Assembly: GCA_050084985.1 (NCBI GenBank)
Contig: JBITNC010000001.1
Span: 163,494,001-163,558,000 of the forward strand
DNA from: Nageia nagi
Taxonomy: Eukaryota > Plantae > Pinophyta
Reading direction: 5' to 3'
Length of the DNA stretch: 64,000 nucleotides
Position numbers and translations under genes: made by a program. The notes beneath the pieces were generated by a model. That model was not told the origin of the DNA, did not search any database, and was given only the letters and a program-made list of their open reading frames with translations. This document shows, piece after piece, positions 1-13,579 of the stretch; position 1 is the stretch's first letter, and the number at the start of each line of letters is the position of its first letter.

Positions 1-720
1 AACATCTCATATGTTTCTATGCATAAATGATCATACCTATACCTAATTTGTTCATGATGCATCTTAATGAGATACCTATATAGTTCTTGTTATTTTTCAT
101 TTTAGTTCTATTTTTAGTAATTTAACAATGTTTGTACCATTTCTACTCTATAAACACAACATTGATGCCCTTATATCTTATGCAACTTTCAAAAAAAGCA
201 AAAAGATTGTTTATTAAACCCAACTTGTTGTGAAAATAGGCAAGTAATACCTAAAAACTAGATCCCTGGTAGGTTTTACTTGAAAAAAAATAGAAAAACT
301 TGTTTATGAAAACCATCTTGTTAGAGCAAACAAGTAATACTTGAAAAAAAAAATAGTGAGCTAACAACATCCACGTCATTCTTGGCCTACAATAATAATG
401 TAAGAAACCTTCATCTATCTCAAATCCAAACAACGCCAAAAACCTTATTCATAATTGACAAGTGTCTAGAGGTAACAACTATCAATAAACTCCCTAAGGG
501 TAGAAGACAAAGTCCACCATCATCCTTCTTCAAAAGCACAATTGCAAAGAAGATGAAAAATTCTCAAATTTTTATCTTGATTCCCCTAAAGGAAGGAGCT
601 TCATCTCAAGGTTCAAGCCACAAAGTTCACTTTCACAAATTTTTTCTATCTCTAATTCTTTGGATATGCAATTTGATTTATTTTCATTACATCTCCAAAG
701 AGGGGCAAAATGTAGCCACC
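1..720 (-). mobile_element. Degenerate L1-type LINE ORF1 (DUF4283-like) fragment running off the window start
   Basis: Frameshifted minus-strand translation gives patches such as DVVSSLFFF..VFINKFF..GLVFRYYLPIF, resembling the plant L1 ORF1 RRM/DUF4283 region. No intact ORF; boundaries approximate. Confidence 0.3.
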
Positions 721-2361
721 TAAATATGATTTCCATTTAATATAAAATTATATTTTAGGTAACAAAAGAGATATATTGTAAAAAAAGTGTGAATGTTAAT
801 AAAAGAATCACAAAAAATGTAATTGGTAGTAATACCAAGAAAAGCACCATAAGATATGTAACTCATGTAGATCTCAAGAAGCACAAGTATCAATGATGTT
901 TAGCTATAAAATAAGAATACAAGCAAATATTTTCCTATAAAATGAAATTAGATACAATCCTCAAAGCATCTTGATAGGTTGAATAAAAATTGATCCACAT
1001 TCTAAATAACAACAGTGAACACTTAGCACACATAATACAAACATATGTATACCAAATGCTATCATGTAGTACAAAATCTTAATTATATAAACCAAATAAA
1101 CTAAATTTTATATAAGTAAATGAAAATTAAATTCTAAGATGAGAAATATAATATTTTTTTAACTTAAATGGATTACTATCTACTTATTCTCTTATTATCT
1201 ATGGAGTCTACGGTGAGGATTAGGGCAAAATAATTAATTGATGTAACCAAGGTGGATACACTTGTAAGAATGTTTCATTGAATAGTCCGCAAGCTATATC
1301 AAGTTTTCTTTTTTTAAATCTTTTTTTTTTCTAATCAATAAAGGATGAATGAAGCATAATGAAAGATTGGGGATCAAACTGAGTCAATTTTAGACTGCCA
1401 TCTAAGATTGTGGGTTAATTATTCACCTTGTATGAAATTTAGTGAATTTATTATAATTATTATTTTACCTTAAATTAATAAATTGGTGTTCATATATTTG
1501 TGTGCAAACATAGCTAAAATGACATAAAATGTAGTAAAACATCAAATTTAGGTGACTACAAATATCCTTTTGATATTATTAATTTGTTTATACGAGTGAC
1601 TATTCTCATCTTTTATCTTTAACAAAATTATAAAGTTATACTAGAAAATTAGTTTCATTGTTAATTTATACTATATAAAGATAAACATAAATAAGTTTGT
1701 TTAAAATAATTCATTAAAGCACTAAAAAGAGGTGTATCTAGAGTATAATTTTTTATTAAACTAAATAAGATAAACTTATAGCAACCATTGTTTTGACATC
1801 AAGAATGGACCAACCAACCAATGTTAAAGTTATTCTTACATTCAATATATATTATGTAGCCATTGGTAAATATATAAGACCTCAAAATCATGAAAAAAAT
1901 GCAATCTCACATTTTAATCCAAAGTTATCAAAATCATTTTTTAGCAATATCTACTAGTTATTGCGACCTTGTGCAATGGATATGCCATAGATTAATAGTT
2001 GTTTTAGAATTTATGTAATGAGTAAATGGAAAAAGTCCAAAAAAATATTATGATATGAAAGTGTAAGTTATTATCTATCAAAAACTAATTTAAAAATCAA
2101 ATAAAGTTAATGTTGTGTATGTTTAATTTATCATTAAATATGAAAATGAAAATCAAATAATATCAAAGTTAGAAATTTTATGTTTATTTTAAGAAGATAA
2201 GATATTATATGGGAACACATGGGAAAAAAATATGAAAATGAAAACAACCATTAAATGTATTGAAAAGATGTACAAAAAAATCAAAATATGGCAAGTTAAT
2301 ATAAAATTATCTTTTTACCTCATTATTTCCTTTTATTTTGATTGTAAACATTGATGTGCAG

Positions 2362-2487
2362 GTATCTGCTGGAACAAAACTAGAGGATGTTACCAAACAT
2401 CTAATGAAATATGGATTCCATGCACCCACAATGTCATGGGCAATGCCAAGAACATTGATGGTTGAACCAACTGAAAGTGAAAACAAG
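2362..2487 (+). pseudogene. GLDP: Glycine decarboxylase P-protein pseudogene, exon a
   Basis: Bounded by tgcAG (2360-61) and GTatg (2488). 126 bp encoding [42 protein letters not shown], matching the plant GLDP segment [40 protein letters not shown]. Several conserved residues are altered, and no upstream exons were found. Confidence 0.92.
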
Positions 2488-2583
2488 GTATGCATTATCT
2501 TTCAAATCTTTTGTTCTTATTTGGTAAGTGTATGATGCTTTGCTAAACTCTTTTTTTTTTCAAATTTTCCTTTGGAATTACAT

Positions 2584-2681
2584 GAAGAGTGGGACATGCC
2601 TTATAACATGCTTATTTCAATCAAAAAGGAGATTAAGGACATTGAGAATGAGTCAATGGACATTGAAAAAATGTTTTGAAA
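2584..2681 (+). pseudogene. GLDP: GLDP pseudogene, exon b (acceptor lost, frameshifted)
   Basis: EEWDMPYNMLISIKKEIKDIENESMDIE then (frameshift) NVLK, corresponding to [33 protein letters not shown]. The acceptor reads CAT (2581-83) instead of CAG, the length is 98 bp (1-nt deletion), and the GTAAG donor is at 2682. Confidence 0.85.
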
Positions 2682-3197
2682 GTAAGAAAAAATACCAAAC
2701 ATTTTGAATTATGTTTATGATAATTAAGAACAATGAATTTTTTCATGGCTTCATGTTCAGGGAGGGTAATGAAAAATTGTGTACTTTTATAGAAAGGAAT
2801 AGAAAGATTTCATTAATCACAGTTGATAAAACATGATATCCATTTCAACTGAATCATATACAAAAGATATTAGCTTATGTAAGAAATTGCAAAAATAAGA
2901 AAATGGAAGAGGTATAGATACTAGCAAATATATTGTAAAGCTTTATGTTCAGGGATATAAAATCATAAGTGTATTTTGATATCGAATTTGGAGGAAAATT
3001 GATTGAGCGCATTTTATGCTTCGTAAGGGAGATAATAGGTTTTGCGAGCGATGAGTGGATAAAGGTGGGGAGTGTTATCGTGATGGTGAAGAAGATAGGT
3101 TTGGATTGGACTCAAGCTATGATGTAGGGGCAAGGCTTCAATATGAGCTCAGATGTGATGGTTTTTGGAGTAAATATGCTTCTATGTAGGTCTTGGA

Positions 3198-3694
3198 TGA
3201 AAGATTTGAACTAAAAAAACACAATCCTAAACTACCAAGATCACATGAAAGCTCATACAAATATCAAGATAACTCAAGAAGACAATGTCACAAAGTGACA
3301 CAAGATGTAAGTGGTTCCTCCAAATAGGAGTACATCCACTAACTAGATCTCAATTCATTCACAAACATGAATCTCTTACAATTCTCTTAACTCATATCCT
3401 AAAAACTATCCTATAGCATAGCTTTACTCCATAAATTGATGTATGATCCAAAGAGGGAGCCTTCTATTTATAGGCCAAAATCCCTCTTTGGATCATCCTT
3501 TTACCCAATGTACAAAAGCATGACATGCACATCTTTGTACCTAAGGGGTATGCTCATGATATGGAGTGTAGGATAAGAAATATTATCATATTCACTTAAA
3601 TACTTAAGGTATCAAATGATACCCTTAAGTATTAGTGAACTTACATAAAAGACTATTACAAAACCTTTACAATAATACATTATACATTTCAACA
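3198..3694 (-). repeat. 3' LTR of copia A
   Basis: Direct repeat of 13082-13579, adjacent to the PPT (ctccctctt on +). Confidence 0.95.
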
Positions 3695-6600
3695 CTCCCT
3701 CTTAATGCAATATTAGGATAGAGCAAATAAGAGAGAAGGAAGAGAAAAAGTAAGAGAGTTCTTCTCTAAACCGATACAATGAAGATAAGAATTTTTTATA
3801 TATTTGTGAAGTAAGAAATATCTAGTTTGAGACTCACTACTTTGTCAAATACAATCATTAACCATAACTAGTTTCAATATACATGAAGTAGTCATCCAAT
3901 TGAAAGTCATGAAGAGTCTCCAAGAGCCTGCATACTTAAAGTAAGTAACTTACAATCTCAAAGGAACTTGCAAGCCATAAGCAGCTCAAATAACAATATT
4001 AGTTAGATGCAACATATTCATATCAACTAGAATAGATGAATCACACAAATGTCATCATAAACTGATCAATAGTGCACTATAATTCATCATAAATATGCCA
4101 ATCCAAAACTCATAGTCACCTATTGTATATAAAATATGTGTTGATTATCATTACAAAATAGAACATGCATATACGATTTCCTCACATATGGATAACTAAA
4201 TAATGCCAAAAGACACATAAGAGTTCCTCACACATGGATAACTGAATAGTGCTAGATTGGCCAATATTTTTGCTTTAAAAATTTATATAATAAGTTCCTC
4301 ACATACAGTGAACTTACCATGAAGGTGTACAATAAAATCAACATTATATAGCACAAAAATCTTTCTATAGGTGAAGTTGTTATCACAAAAATGAATTCAA
4401 CATAAAAATTCAAGTTTCACTCCCCCTTGATGGTAACTTTACCAACCTAATAGCATCCCTAAGCTTACATAATTAAGCTTCTAAGAGGGGCTTGATGAAT
4501 AAATTAGTAGAGTTCAAGGTGGATGGATAATACTCCAGGTGTATGAGGCCATCAAGAACCTTCTCCCTAATAAAATGGGTATGGATTTCTATATGTTTTT
4601 TTCTCTAATAGAACACAAAATTCTTGGCCAAAGAAATCATCAATTGATTATATGAAGAAATCAAAGATGAGCCACCTTGCTCATACCCAATATTTTTTAG
4701 AATGTCTTAGCCAAATGGCTTCCTGGGTTACAACAGATATGGCATGATATTCAACTTCTATTATGGATAGAGAAATAGTAGGTTGCTTCTTAAAAACCTA
4801 AGAGATAGCACCTAAACCAATGCTAAACACATACATAGAGGTTGATTTCTTATCATCTCTATCTTCCCTATAGTTAAAATTTGAGAATCTAAACAGAAAA
4901 AATGAGGGTAACTTAGAATACTTGAGAGTAAGATCCTTAGTCTCGATAACATACCTCATCATTTCTTTAACAGCATTAAGGTGCTCAACATATGGTTTTT
5001 GCATGAATCAAGCTATCAAATTCATTGCAAAGGTAATATCTAGCCTAAAAATAATCAAATACAAAAGACCACCAATTAATTACTTGTAAGCTATAGCATT
5101 AGCTAACTGAAAGTTGGAGCTCAATGAAATAGTGATTCCAGGAGAGACTGGGATTACAGCATATCTACACTCTTCCATTCTAAATTTTTGTAAGATGTCT
5201 AATATATACTTAGATTGATTGAGATAAGTACAATTTTTGTATTAATACACTTGCATTTCAAGATAATAGTGCAAGAGACCAAGATCAATCATTTCAAATG
5301 TTATCTTAAGTTTGGATATGCACTCTTGAATGATTTCTTCATTTTTTTTAATTATCAGAAGATCATCCACATAAAGGAGAATCAATACCATGTCTTTTTT
5401 TTATTAAGCATATATAGATCGAAGTTAAAAAAATACTTGGAGAATCTAATATTTACAAAGTATCTTGAAATCTTCTTGTACCAAGTTCTAGATGCTTGCT
5501 TAAGTCCATACAATGACTTCTTTAGTTACACACAAAGGACTCTTTACCTTTCATAATAAACCCTTTTGGTAAATTTATGAAAATTTTCATATCTAAGTCA
5601 CCATTGAGAAATGCACTCTTAACATCAAGTTAAAAAGCTTTTTATCTTTAAGCTATAAGAAAGAGCAAGGATAATTTTAACAGTAGACATCTTTACCATG
5701 GGAGCAAAGGTTTCTTCATAATCTACATCATATTTCTAAGTAAAACCTTTGGCTACTAACCTTACCTTGTATTTCTCAATATCTCCAATAGAATTGAACT
5801 TGACCTTAAAGATCCATTTATTTTCAATCACATTCTTCTCATTAGGATAAAGAACTAAATCCCAAGTTTCATTTTTTATAAGCACTTCATATTCCACTTT
5901 CATGGCTTCCATCTAGCACTCATGCTTAGAAGCTTCTTTGAAGGTTAAAGGCTCATGCTTATTGTCAATCTTGGCAAATAAGGATTTTTTCAATATCATG
6001 CTTCTTGTAACCCTTTGTATTGAAGAATTTGGTTCTTGAGGTAACTTATCTACATCAATATCTAACTAGCTAGATGCAATTGAAGAGTTCTCTAGATCAT
6101 CAACATCTTCATTAGAAGTAGATTCTTCAGGAAGTTCATTAAACTTTACATCTTTTGAAAGAAACATAGCTTTGTAGGATGGAGAGTAGAGCTTGTAGCC
6201 TCTGTGCTGATTATCATAATCCATAAAGATTCATTTTTCAACTTTTTTATCTAACTTCTTTCTTTTCTTAAAAATAATGTAGGAGAATGCTTCACAACAA
6301 AACACCCTAAGGTGAGAAATGTTAGGTTTTCTTCTTAACATGCCTCAAAAAGAGTTTTACCTTGAATGATTTTCATGGAACACCTATTCAAGGTGCAAAT
6401 AGCAATGCTCACAGCTTCACCCCATAAGAAACTAAGAATATTACCCAACATGCATTTATCCATTTTCATAATTATTCTATTTTTCTTTTCGATAACACCA
6501 TTCTGCTGAGGAGTGTAAGGAATCATAAATTACCTCTTGATTCTATACTTAGCGTAATAAATATTAAACTCATTGTTGTTATATTCTCCTCCATCATCCG

Positions 6601-6950
6601 ATCTCAACATCTTGATTTTAAGGTTAGTTTGATTTTCAACTAAGATCTTAAAAATTTTAAAACTCTCAAAGGTTTGATTCTTATGCTCAAGTAGATACCT
6701 AAAGGTCATTCTACTAAAGTCATCAATGAAGGTCAAGACATAAGATGCTCTTCTAAGCAACTTAGTTTGAAATAGACCCATCAAATCTAAATGCACAAGT
6801 TGAAGAGTTGAGATGCTCTTGTTGCATTATTTTTTTCAAATTTTTATCCATGCATCTTACTAAGAATGCACTTCTCACATAGACCAATCGAAAGAGAAAT
6901 TGAAGGCAAACCTTTCACAAGTTCTTGATCTTTCATGACTTGAATACTCT

Positions 6951-9900
6951 TGTGGTTAAGGTGTCTTAAACATTGATGCCAAAGATTACCTCTAAAATAC
7001 ACATTTATAGCAAAACACATCTTTATTGAAACTTGATTCAATGTGGCAAGTTCTTTCTTCATGCACTAGGATTGAGAGATAAACTGAAAAAAAGTACCCT
7101 TTTTTAGCAACTTGGATCATGAAGATAAGGTTCATCCTAAGCTTAGGAACATAAAGCATATTATCAAAAACCCTTTCACAAATCAACACACTTCCAATGC
7201 CTTGGACTTCAAGGATAGAGTTATCACCTATCATGATTGCATCTTTTCTATACTTATGAAAGTTTTCAAATTTTTTCTTTTCAAAGCATAGGTGATTAGT
7301 GCAACCAATGTCAACAATCCAATTAAATGAAAAAGTGCAAGATATGAAGTAGAGCGTTGCAACAAAACCAGCTTAAATATTCTTTTTTTCTTTAAAATTA
7401 TTTACATTTTCATTATCTTTATTCTTTTCCTCTCTTTTTTTGTAATAATCAACTTTTTTGTGACCTTGGATGTCATAATAGTTACAATTTTTATCAAACT
7501 TTTCTTTAGGATATAGATTGTTTGCTTTACCTTTTCCATCTCTTCACTTGAAATGGTTGTTGTTGTTGTTGTTCCTACTATTGTTGTTATTATTTCTATT
7601 TTTATCGTTGTTACCATTATTCTTACTACTATTGTAGCCATGAACTCATCATTGATCCAATTACATCCATAAGTAATAAGTTGGATCTTTAGGTCAATGA
7701 TTTTGTTCAAATAGATAGCTACATTTTCATCTTCCTCTTAACAAGATTGAAGTAACTTTTGAAAAATAGTAAACCTTTTTAAAAAATTTGAACTAAGGTA
7801 GATTTGCTTAAGTTTATCCCAAGCTTCCTTTAGCAAGGTTAAAGAGAAAATCATCAAGAACACATCATCTAAAATTGCATAGAAGATCATGGAGGTTGCC
7901 AACTCATTCTTCATGTTGTAAGCCTCTAGTGCTTTCTCATTTGTAGGAGGTACAAGGTTTTCATTTACTATTTGCCAAAGCTTCTTTGCTTATAATTTAG
8001 CTATCATCCGTGGTTTCCAAATCCTAAAGTTGGAACCATTAAGAATGTGGTTAAGGTGTCTTAAACATTGATGCCAAAGATTACCTCTAAAATACACATT
8101 TATAGCAAAACACATCTTTATTGAAACTTGATTCAATGTGGTAAGTTCTTTCTTCATGCACTAGGATTGAGAGACAAACTGAAAAAAAGTACCCTTTTTT
8201 AGCAACTTGGATCATGAAGATAAGGTTCATCCTAAGCTTAGGAACATAAAGCATATTATCAAAAACCCTTTCACAAATCAACACACTTCCAATGCCTTGG
8301 ACTTTAAAGATAGAGTTAATAGAGTTATCACCTATCATGATTGCATCTTTTCTATACTTATAAAAGTTCTCAAATTTTTTCTTTTCAAAGCATAGGTGAT
8401 TAGTGCAACCAATGTCAACAATCCAATTAAATGAAAAAGTGCAATATATGAAGTAGAGCATTGCAACAAAACCAGCTTGAATATTCTTTTTTTCTTTAAA
8501 ATTATTTACATTTTCATTATCTTTATTCTTTTCCTCTCTTTTTTGTAATAATCAACTTTTTTGTGACCTTGGATGTCATAATAGTTACAATTTTCATCAA
8601 ACTTTTCTTTAGGATATAGATTGTTTGCTTTACCTTTTCCATCTCTTCACTTGAAATGGTTGTTGTTGTTGTTGTCTTACTATTGTTGTTATTATTTTTA
8701 TTGTTATCGTTGTTACCATTATTCTTACTACTATTGTAGCCATGAACTCATCATTGATCCAATTACATCCATAAGTAATAAGTTGGGTCTTTAGGTGAAT
8801 GATTTTGTTCAAATAGATAGCTACATTTTCATCTTCCTCTTAACAAGATTGAAGCAACTTTTGAAAAATAGTAAACCTTTTTAAAAAATTTGAACTAAGG
8901 TAGATTTGCTTAAGTTTATCCCAAGCTTCCTTTAGCAAGGTTGAAGAGAAAATCATCAAGAACACATCATCTAAAATTGCATAGAAGATCATGGAGGTTG
9001 CCAACTCATTCTTCATGTTGTAAGCCTCTAGTTCTTTCTCATTTGTAGGAGATACAAGGTTTTCATTTACTGTTTGCCAAAGCTTATTTGCTTATAATTT
9101 AGCTCTCATCCGTGGTTTCCAAATCCTAAAGTTGGAACCATTAAGAATGTGGTTAAGATGTCTTAAACATTGATGCCAAAGATTACCTCTAAAATACACA
9201 TTTATAGCAAAACACATCTTTATTGAAACTTGATTCAATGTGGCAAGTTCTTTCTTCATGCACTAGGATTGAGAGATAAACTGAAAAAAAGTACCCTTTT
9301 TTAGCAACTTGGATCATGAAGATAAGGTTCATCTTAAGCTTAAGAACATAAAGCATATTATCAAAAACCCTTTCACAAATCAACACACTTCCAATGCCTT
9401 GGACTTTAAAGATAGAGTTAATAGAGTTATCACCTATCATGATTGCATCTTTTCTATACTTATAAAAGTTCTCAAATTTTTTCTTTTCAAAGCATAGGTG
9501 ATTAGTGCAACCAATGTCAACAATCCAATTAAATGAAAAAGTGCAAGATATGAAGTAGAGCGTTGCAACAAAACCAGCTTGAATATTCTTTTTTTCTTTA
9601 AAATTATTTACATTTTCATTATCTTTATTCTTTTCCTCTCTTTTTTTGTAATAATCAACTTTTTTGTGACCTTGGATGTCATAATAGTTACAATTTTCAT
9701 CAAACTTTTCTTTAGGATATAGATTGTTTGCTTTACCTTTTCCATCTCTTCGCTTGAAATGGTTGTTGTTGTTGTTGTTCCTACTATTGTTGTTATTATT
9801 TCTATTGTTATCGTTGTTACCATTATTCTTACTACTATTGTAGCCATGAACTCATCATTGATCCAATTACATCCATAAGTAATAAGTTGGTTCTTTAGGT

Positions 9901-10250
9901 CAATGATTTTGTTCAAATAGATAACTACATTTTCATCTTCCTCTTAACAAGATTGAAGCAACTTTTGAAAAATAGTAAACCTTTTTAAAAAATTTGAACT
10001 AAGGTAGATTTGCTTAAGTTTATCCCAAGCTTCCTTTAGCAAGTTTGAAGAGAAAATCATCAAGAACACATCATCTAAAATTGCATAGAAGATCATGGAG
10101 GTTGCCAACTCATTCTTCATGTTGTAAGCCTCTAGTGCTTTCTCATTTGTAGGAGGACAAGGTTTTCATTTACTATTTGCCAAAGCTTCTTTGCTTATAA
10201 TTTAGCTCTCATCCGTGGTTTCCAAATCCTAAAGTTGGAACCATTAAGAA
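6951..10250. repeat. Tandem triplication of a ~1.1 kb gag/protease segment (6951-8045, 8046-9147, 9148-10250)
   Basis: Each unit starts tgtggttaag and ends ggaaccattaagaa. Units differ by ~2% (hand count), with TGTG microhomology at the junctions (6951-54 and 10251-54). Confidence 0.97.
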
Positions 10251-11624
10251 TGTGTTTGGGTAAAAAGGAGTCTCCCATTCACTACATAAAAATGTGAAAT
10301 AATAAGCATGTGGTTTAATAAAATAATTATATGTTAAAGTTTTAACCAAGTAAATAATACATATTACATTTAATTAACTAAAAAATGCTTGATTTGATTC
10401 ACTAGTGCAAATGTTTTACAACTCAAATAATAATTTATATATCCAAATACATTTTTTATCTCAAGAACCATAAATGTAGAGTGACATTGTTGAGGGTTAT
10501 TTTCTTATCTAAAATTAAGCTTTCACTTGGATGCCCACATAAGAGGAGCCCAAGTACTACCAATCCTCAACTAGTTCACCTTGGTCAGTATTATACTCTC
10601 ACAAGGAGAAGTACCTACTATTTTCTAAGGTTATGATGTATATTAGATTGGCTAAATTATTAATCTTAATTAAGTTTCAAGTTATCCTTCTAGGTTATCA
10701 GAATAATCCTTGAATAAATATGTAAACATGTGATATCACTACACACATACCTGTCCACCTATTGGAGTTATGTTCAAACCAACAGAAGACTTAGTTAGGG
10801 GCAATTGAGAAGTATGGACATTTCACCATTTAGATCGTCGAACTTAAAAGCTTCAGTCCACCTGTCCTCATCTCATGGCTCCCCAAACAAATCATGTTGC
10901 AGAATGTACATGTAGATGTGTTCATTTTAGGAGGTTGAACATTTCAATGTTTATGATTTTTGCATAAGTAAATAAAACAAAAAATACGAAACATGAAATA
11001 AAATGCATAAATAAAACATCATCCATTTGCAATTTGAAATTTAAGAGTCCAATGGGTTTTGTTTACCAACTCTTAAAGAACATCTTTACATAATTTCATA
11101 TTTTGCACAAGTTCATTTATAACTTTGCATAAGAAATTTATCAAAAAGATAAATACTTTAGAGAGGCATAAACATGCATCATTTCCATAATTGCACAAGT
11201 CCATCTTTGCATAAAGATTTTTATCAAAAATAAACACTTAAAGACTAAGTAATAGACATGCAACTTTATCATAAGGATCTAATAATTTTAAAAAAAATTC
11301 ATAAAATTTTCCTTTTTTACTTAAAATCATGATCCCTTCAAAAAATAGCATCAGTAAAGAAAATACCTCTACTACTTAAGTAATATGAGAAGGTAAAAAA
11401 TGTTAATTTAGCTAAGTTGCACCTTTCTAAGTACTAAAGAAATCCAAGTAGCTAATTTATGATCTTTCAAAATTGTCTCCCTTTTGTTAAGGCTAAAAAA
11501 AACTTTCAAAGTACTAAAAGAAAAATAACCTTAGTAAACTAAAGTGTTTAAAAATAACACTTTAAAGTACTATTAAACCTTAAATAATAACACTTAGAAA
11601 GTACTATGTTAATCAAAGCAAGTG

Positions 11625-11626
<2 letters not shown>

Positions 11627-11656
<30 letters not shown>
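11627..11656. repeat. (TTA)n microsatellite
   Basis: About 10 perfect TTA units. Confidence 0.9.
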
Positions 11657-11657
<1 letters not shown>

Positions 11658-11919
11658 ATCTTAAACATAATGTTTGAATGTTTAAGTATTTGCTAAACAA
11701 ATCTAAAAAATTACTTTGAATAATAAAAGTTCATTTTACGTTTCCCAAGGTAATTGATGATGGAAGTTCATAGTCATCAAAGAAATCTTTAAATATTAAG
11801 TATACGTTTTGCAAAGAATTAAAGCTTCTAGATGCATTAAAGAAAAAATTACTTGCAAGCAACTTTAAAATAAATGCACTAGATAGGTTTTTAAAAAATT
11901 GTATACTTTTGCTCTGACA

Positions 11920-12390
11920 AAAAGGAAGCGGCTAGATAAATATTAATGGATGAGTAAAGAGAAGTTGGTGAGCAGCCAAGTGGCTGAGAACAGCCCTGGC
12001 GGAGGTCATGCAAAAAAACCTTTGCGAAGCTGATGAGGGGTTCTCAGAAGGCGCAGACCAAAGTGGGAGCCGCGCAAAGTGGAGGCTACAGAAAGGGCGA
12101 GGTGAGGCCATGAGGAGGGAGACAGAGTGGCAGAGAGGAGAGGAGAAGAGGAAGCTGAGAGGTTAGGGTCAGCGCAGAGGGGTTCTACATGAATAGACCA
12201 GTCAACTCAAGAAAGTGTGATAAGAGAGCAACGTCGAGGGAGTAGACAGAGGGCGTTGGTCGAGAAAACACAAGGCGTAATGGAGGAGGATAGGTTGCAC
12301 AAGAAGAAGGGGTCGGGAAAACCTCTGAGGAGGCCGCATTTGGTGTTGACTCGCTGCAAGAGATCACATCTGTAGCAGGCCCCCCCTTTC
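11920..12390. other. GC-rich, CpG-retaining island in the copia A leader
   Basis: About 16 CpG in ~470 bp, purine-rich on +, while the flanks are nearly CpG-free and very AT-rich. Confidence 0.7.
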
Positions 12391-12464
12391 TTTCTTTTTT
12401 CTCTTTTTGTTTTTTTAAAGAACATAAGGTTTTTTTTTAAATTATTCACAATAATTTGCAGAGT

Positions 12465-12469
<5 letters not shown>

Positions 12470-12497
<28 letters not shown>
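12470..12497. repeat. (TA)n microsatellite
   Basis: About 14 TA units. Confidence 0.9.
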
Positions 12498-13081
12498 CAA
12501 ATCTATTGAAAGGGTTCCAATGAAAGATTTGGATAACATGAAAAAATAGATTTTTGTTTATATTTTTCTCTTTTAATTTTGAAATACAAGTATCTTTTTG
12601 TTAGAAAAAATATTTCTCCTATTTTTTTTAATTTAATATAAGACATTTTGAAATATATTAAAAAAATACTCTATAACATTTTAAATTTCAATATTCTCCC
12701 CATTTTTTTGAGCTTAGTAAGAAAAAAATTCTAAAAGAAATAGAGTATTAATTTTTTTTTTTTTAAAGCAACTTTTTGTTTACTAACCCCTACTTTTTAT
12801 TAAAAAAATTAGCAATATACTAAGAAATTTAAAAAAAAAATTGCTACTAAAAGGGTTGGTAAAAAAAATGCAAATTGCATTATTTTAATCATAAAAATGT
12901 ACTAACATATCACACAAACTATGTTAGTATCACAATGAAATAATAAAAAAAAATCAAGGAGGAAGGAATTTATACTTTTTCTTGTATTTGTCTCAAATAA
13001 GAAAAGTAAACCTCAAAAGAAGAAGAATGAAGAATCTTCAAAATGTTGAAGAAGAGCTTCCACACTAACTCTGATAACAAA

Positions 13082-13579
13082 TGAAAGATTTGAATTAAAA
13101 AGAACACAATCTTAAACTACTAAGATCACATGAAAGCTCATACTAACATCAAGATAACTCAAGAAGACAATCTCACAAAGTGACACAAGATGCAAATGGT
13201 TCCTCCAACTAGGAGTACATCTACTAACTAGATTTCATTTCATTCACAAACATGAATTTCTTACAATTCTTCTAACTTATCTCTTAAACACTATTCTATA
13301 ACATAGCTTTACTCCACAAATTGGTGTATGATCCAAAGAGGGAGCTTTCTATTTATAGGCCAAAATCTTTCTTTGAATCACCCTTTCACCCAATGTACAA
13401 AAGCATGTCATGCAAATCCTTTTACTCAAGGGGCATGCTCATGACATGGAGTGTAGAACAAGAAACATTATCATATCCACTTAAATACTTAAGGTATCAA
13501 ATGATACCTTTAAGTGTAAGTAAACTTACATAGAAGATTATTACAAAACCTTTACAATAATGCATTATACAATCCAACA
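13082..13579 (-). repeat. 5' LTR of copia A
   Basis: Direct repeat of 3198-3694, adjacent to PBS relic actctgataaca (canonical gctctgatacca on +). Confidence 0.95.

Larger units (their letters stand above)
3198..13579 (-). mobile_element. Ty1/copia LTR retrotransposon A, both LTRs present, decayed gag-pol
   Basis: LTRs 3198-3694 and 13082-13579 (TG...CA, ~10% divergent by hand count). Exact 5-bp TSD TTGGA (3193-3197 and 13580-13584). tRNA-Met-type PBS relic at 13068-13079 and PPT at 3695-3703. Gag ATG at 10278 (MGDSFLPKHILNGSNFRIWK), then protease (WIVDIGCTNH), GAG-pre-integrase (LWHQCLRHLN), integrase (LRSDDGGEY, TPQQNGV), RT (LLYVDDL) and RNase H down to ~4430, all with stops or frameshifts. 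Confidence 0.97.

Noticed and set aside
2338-2535. 65-aa ORF as a stand-alone gene
   Set aside because: It is one GLDP pseudo-exon read through into the flanking introns.
7402-9916. Repeated Thr/Ile-rich ORFs (MNKII...TTTTT) as a novel gene family
   Set aside because: They are frameshifted readings of the triplicated copia gag over its (AAC)n tract.
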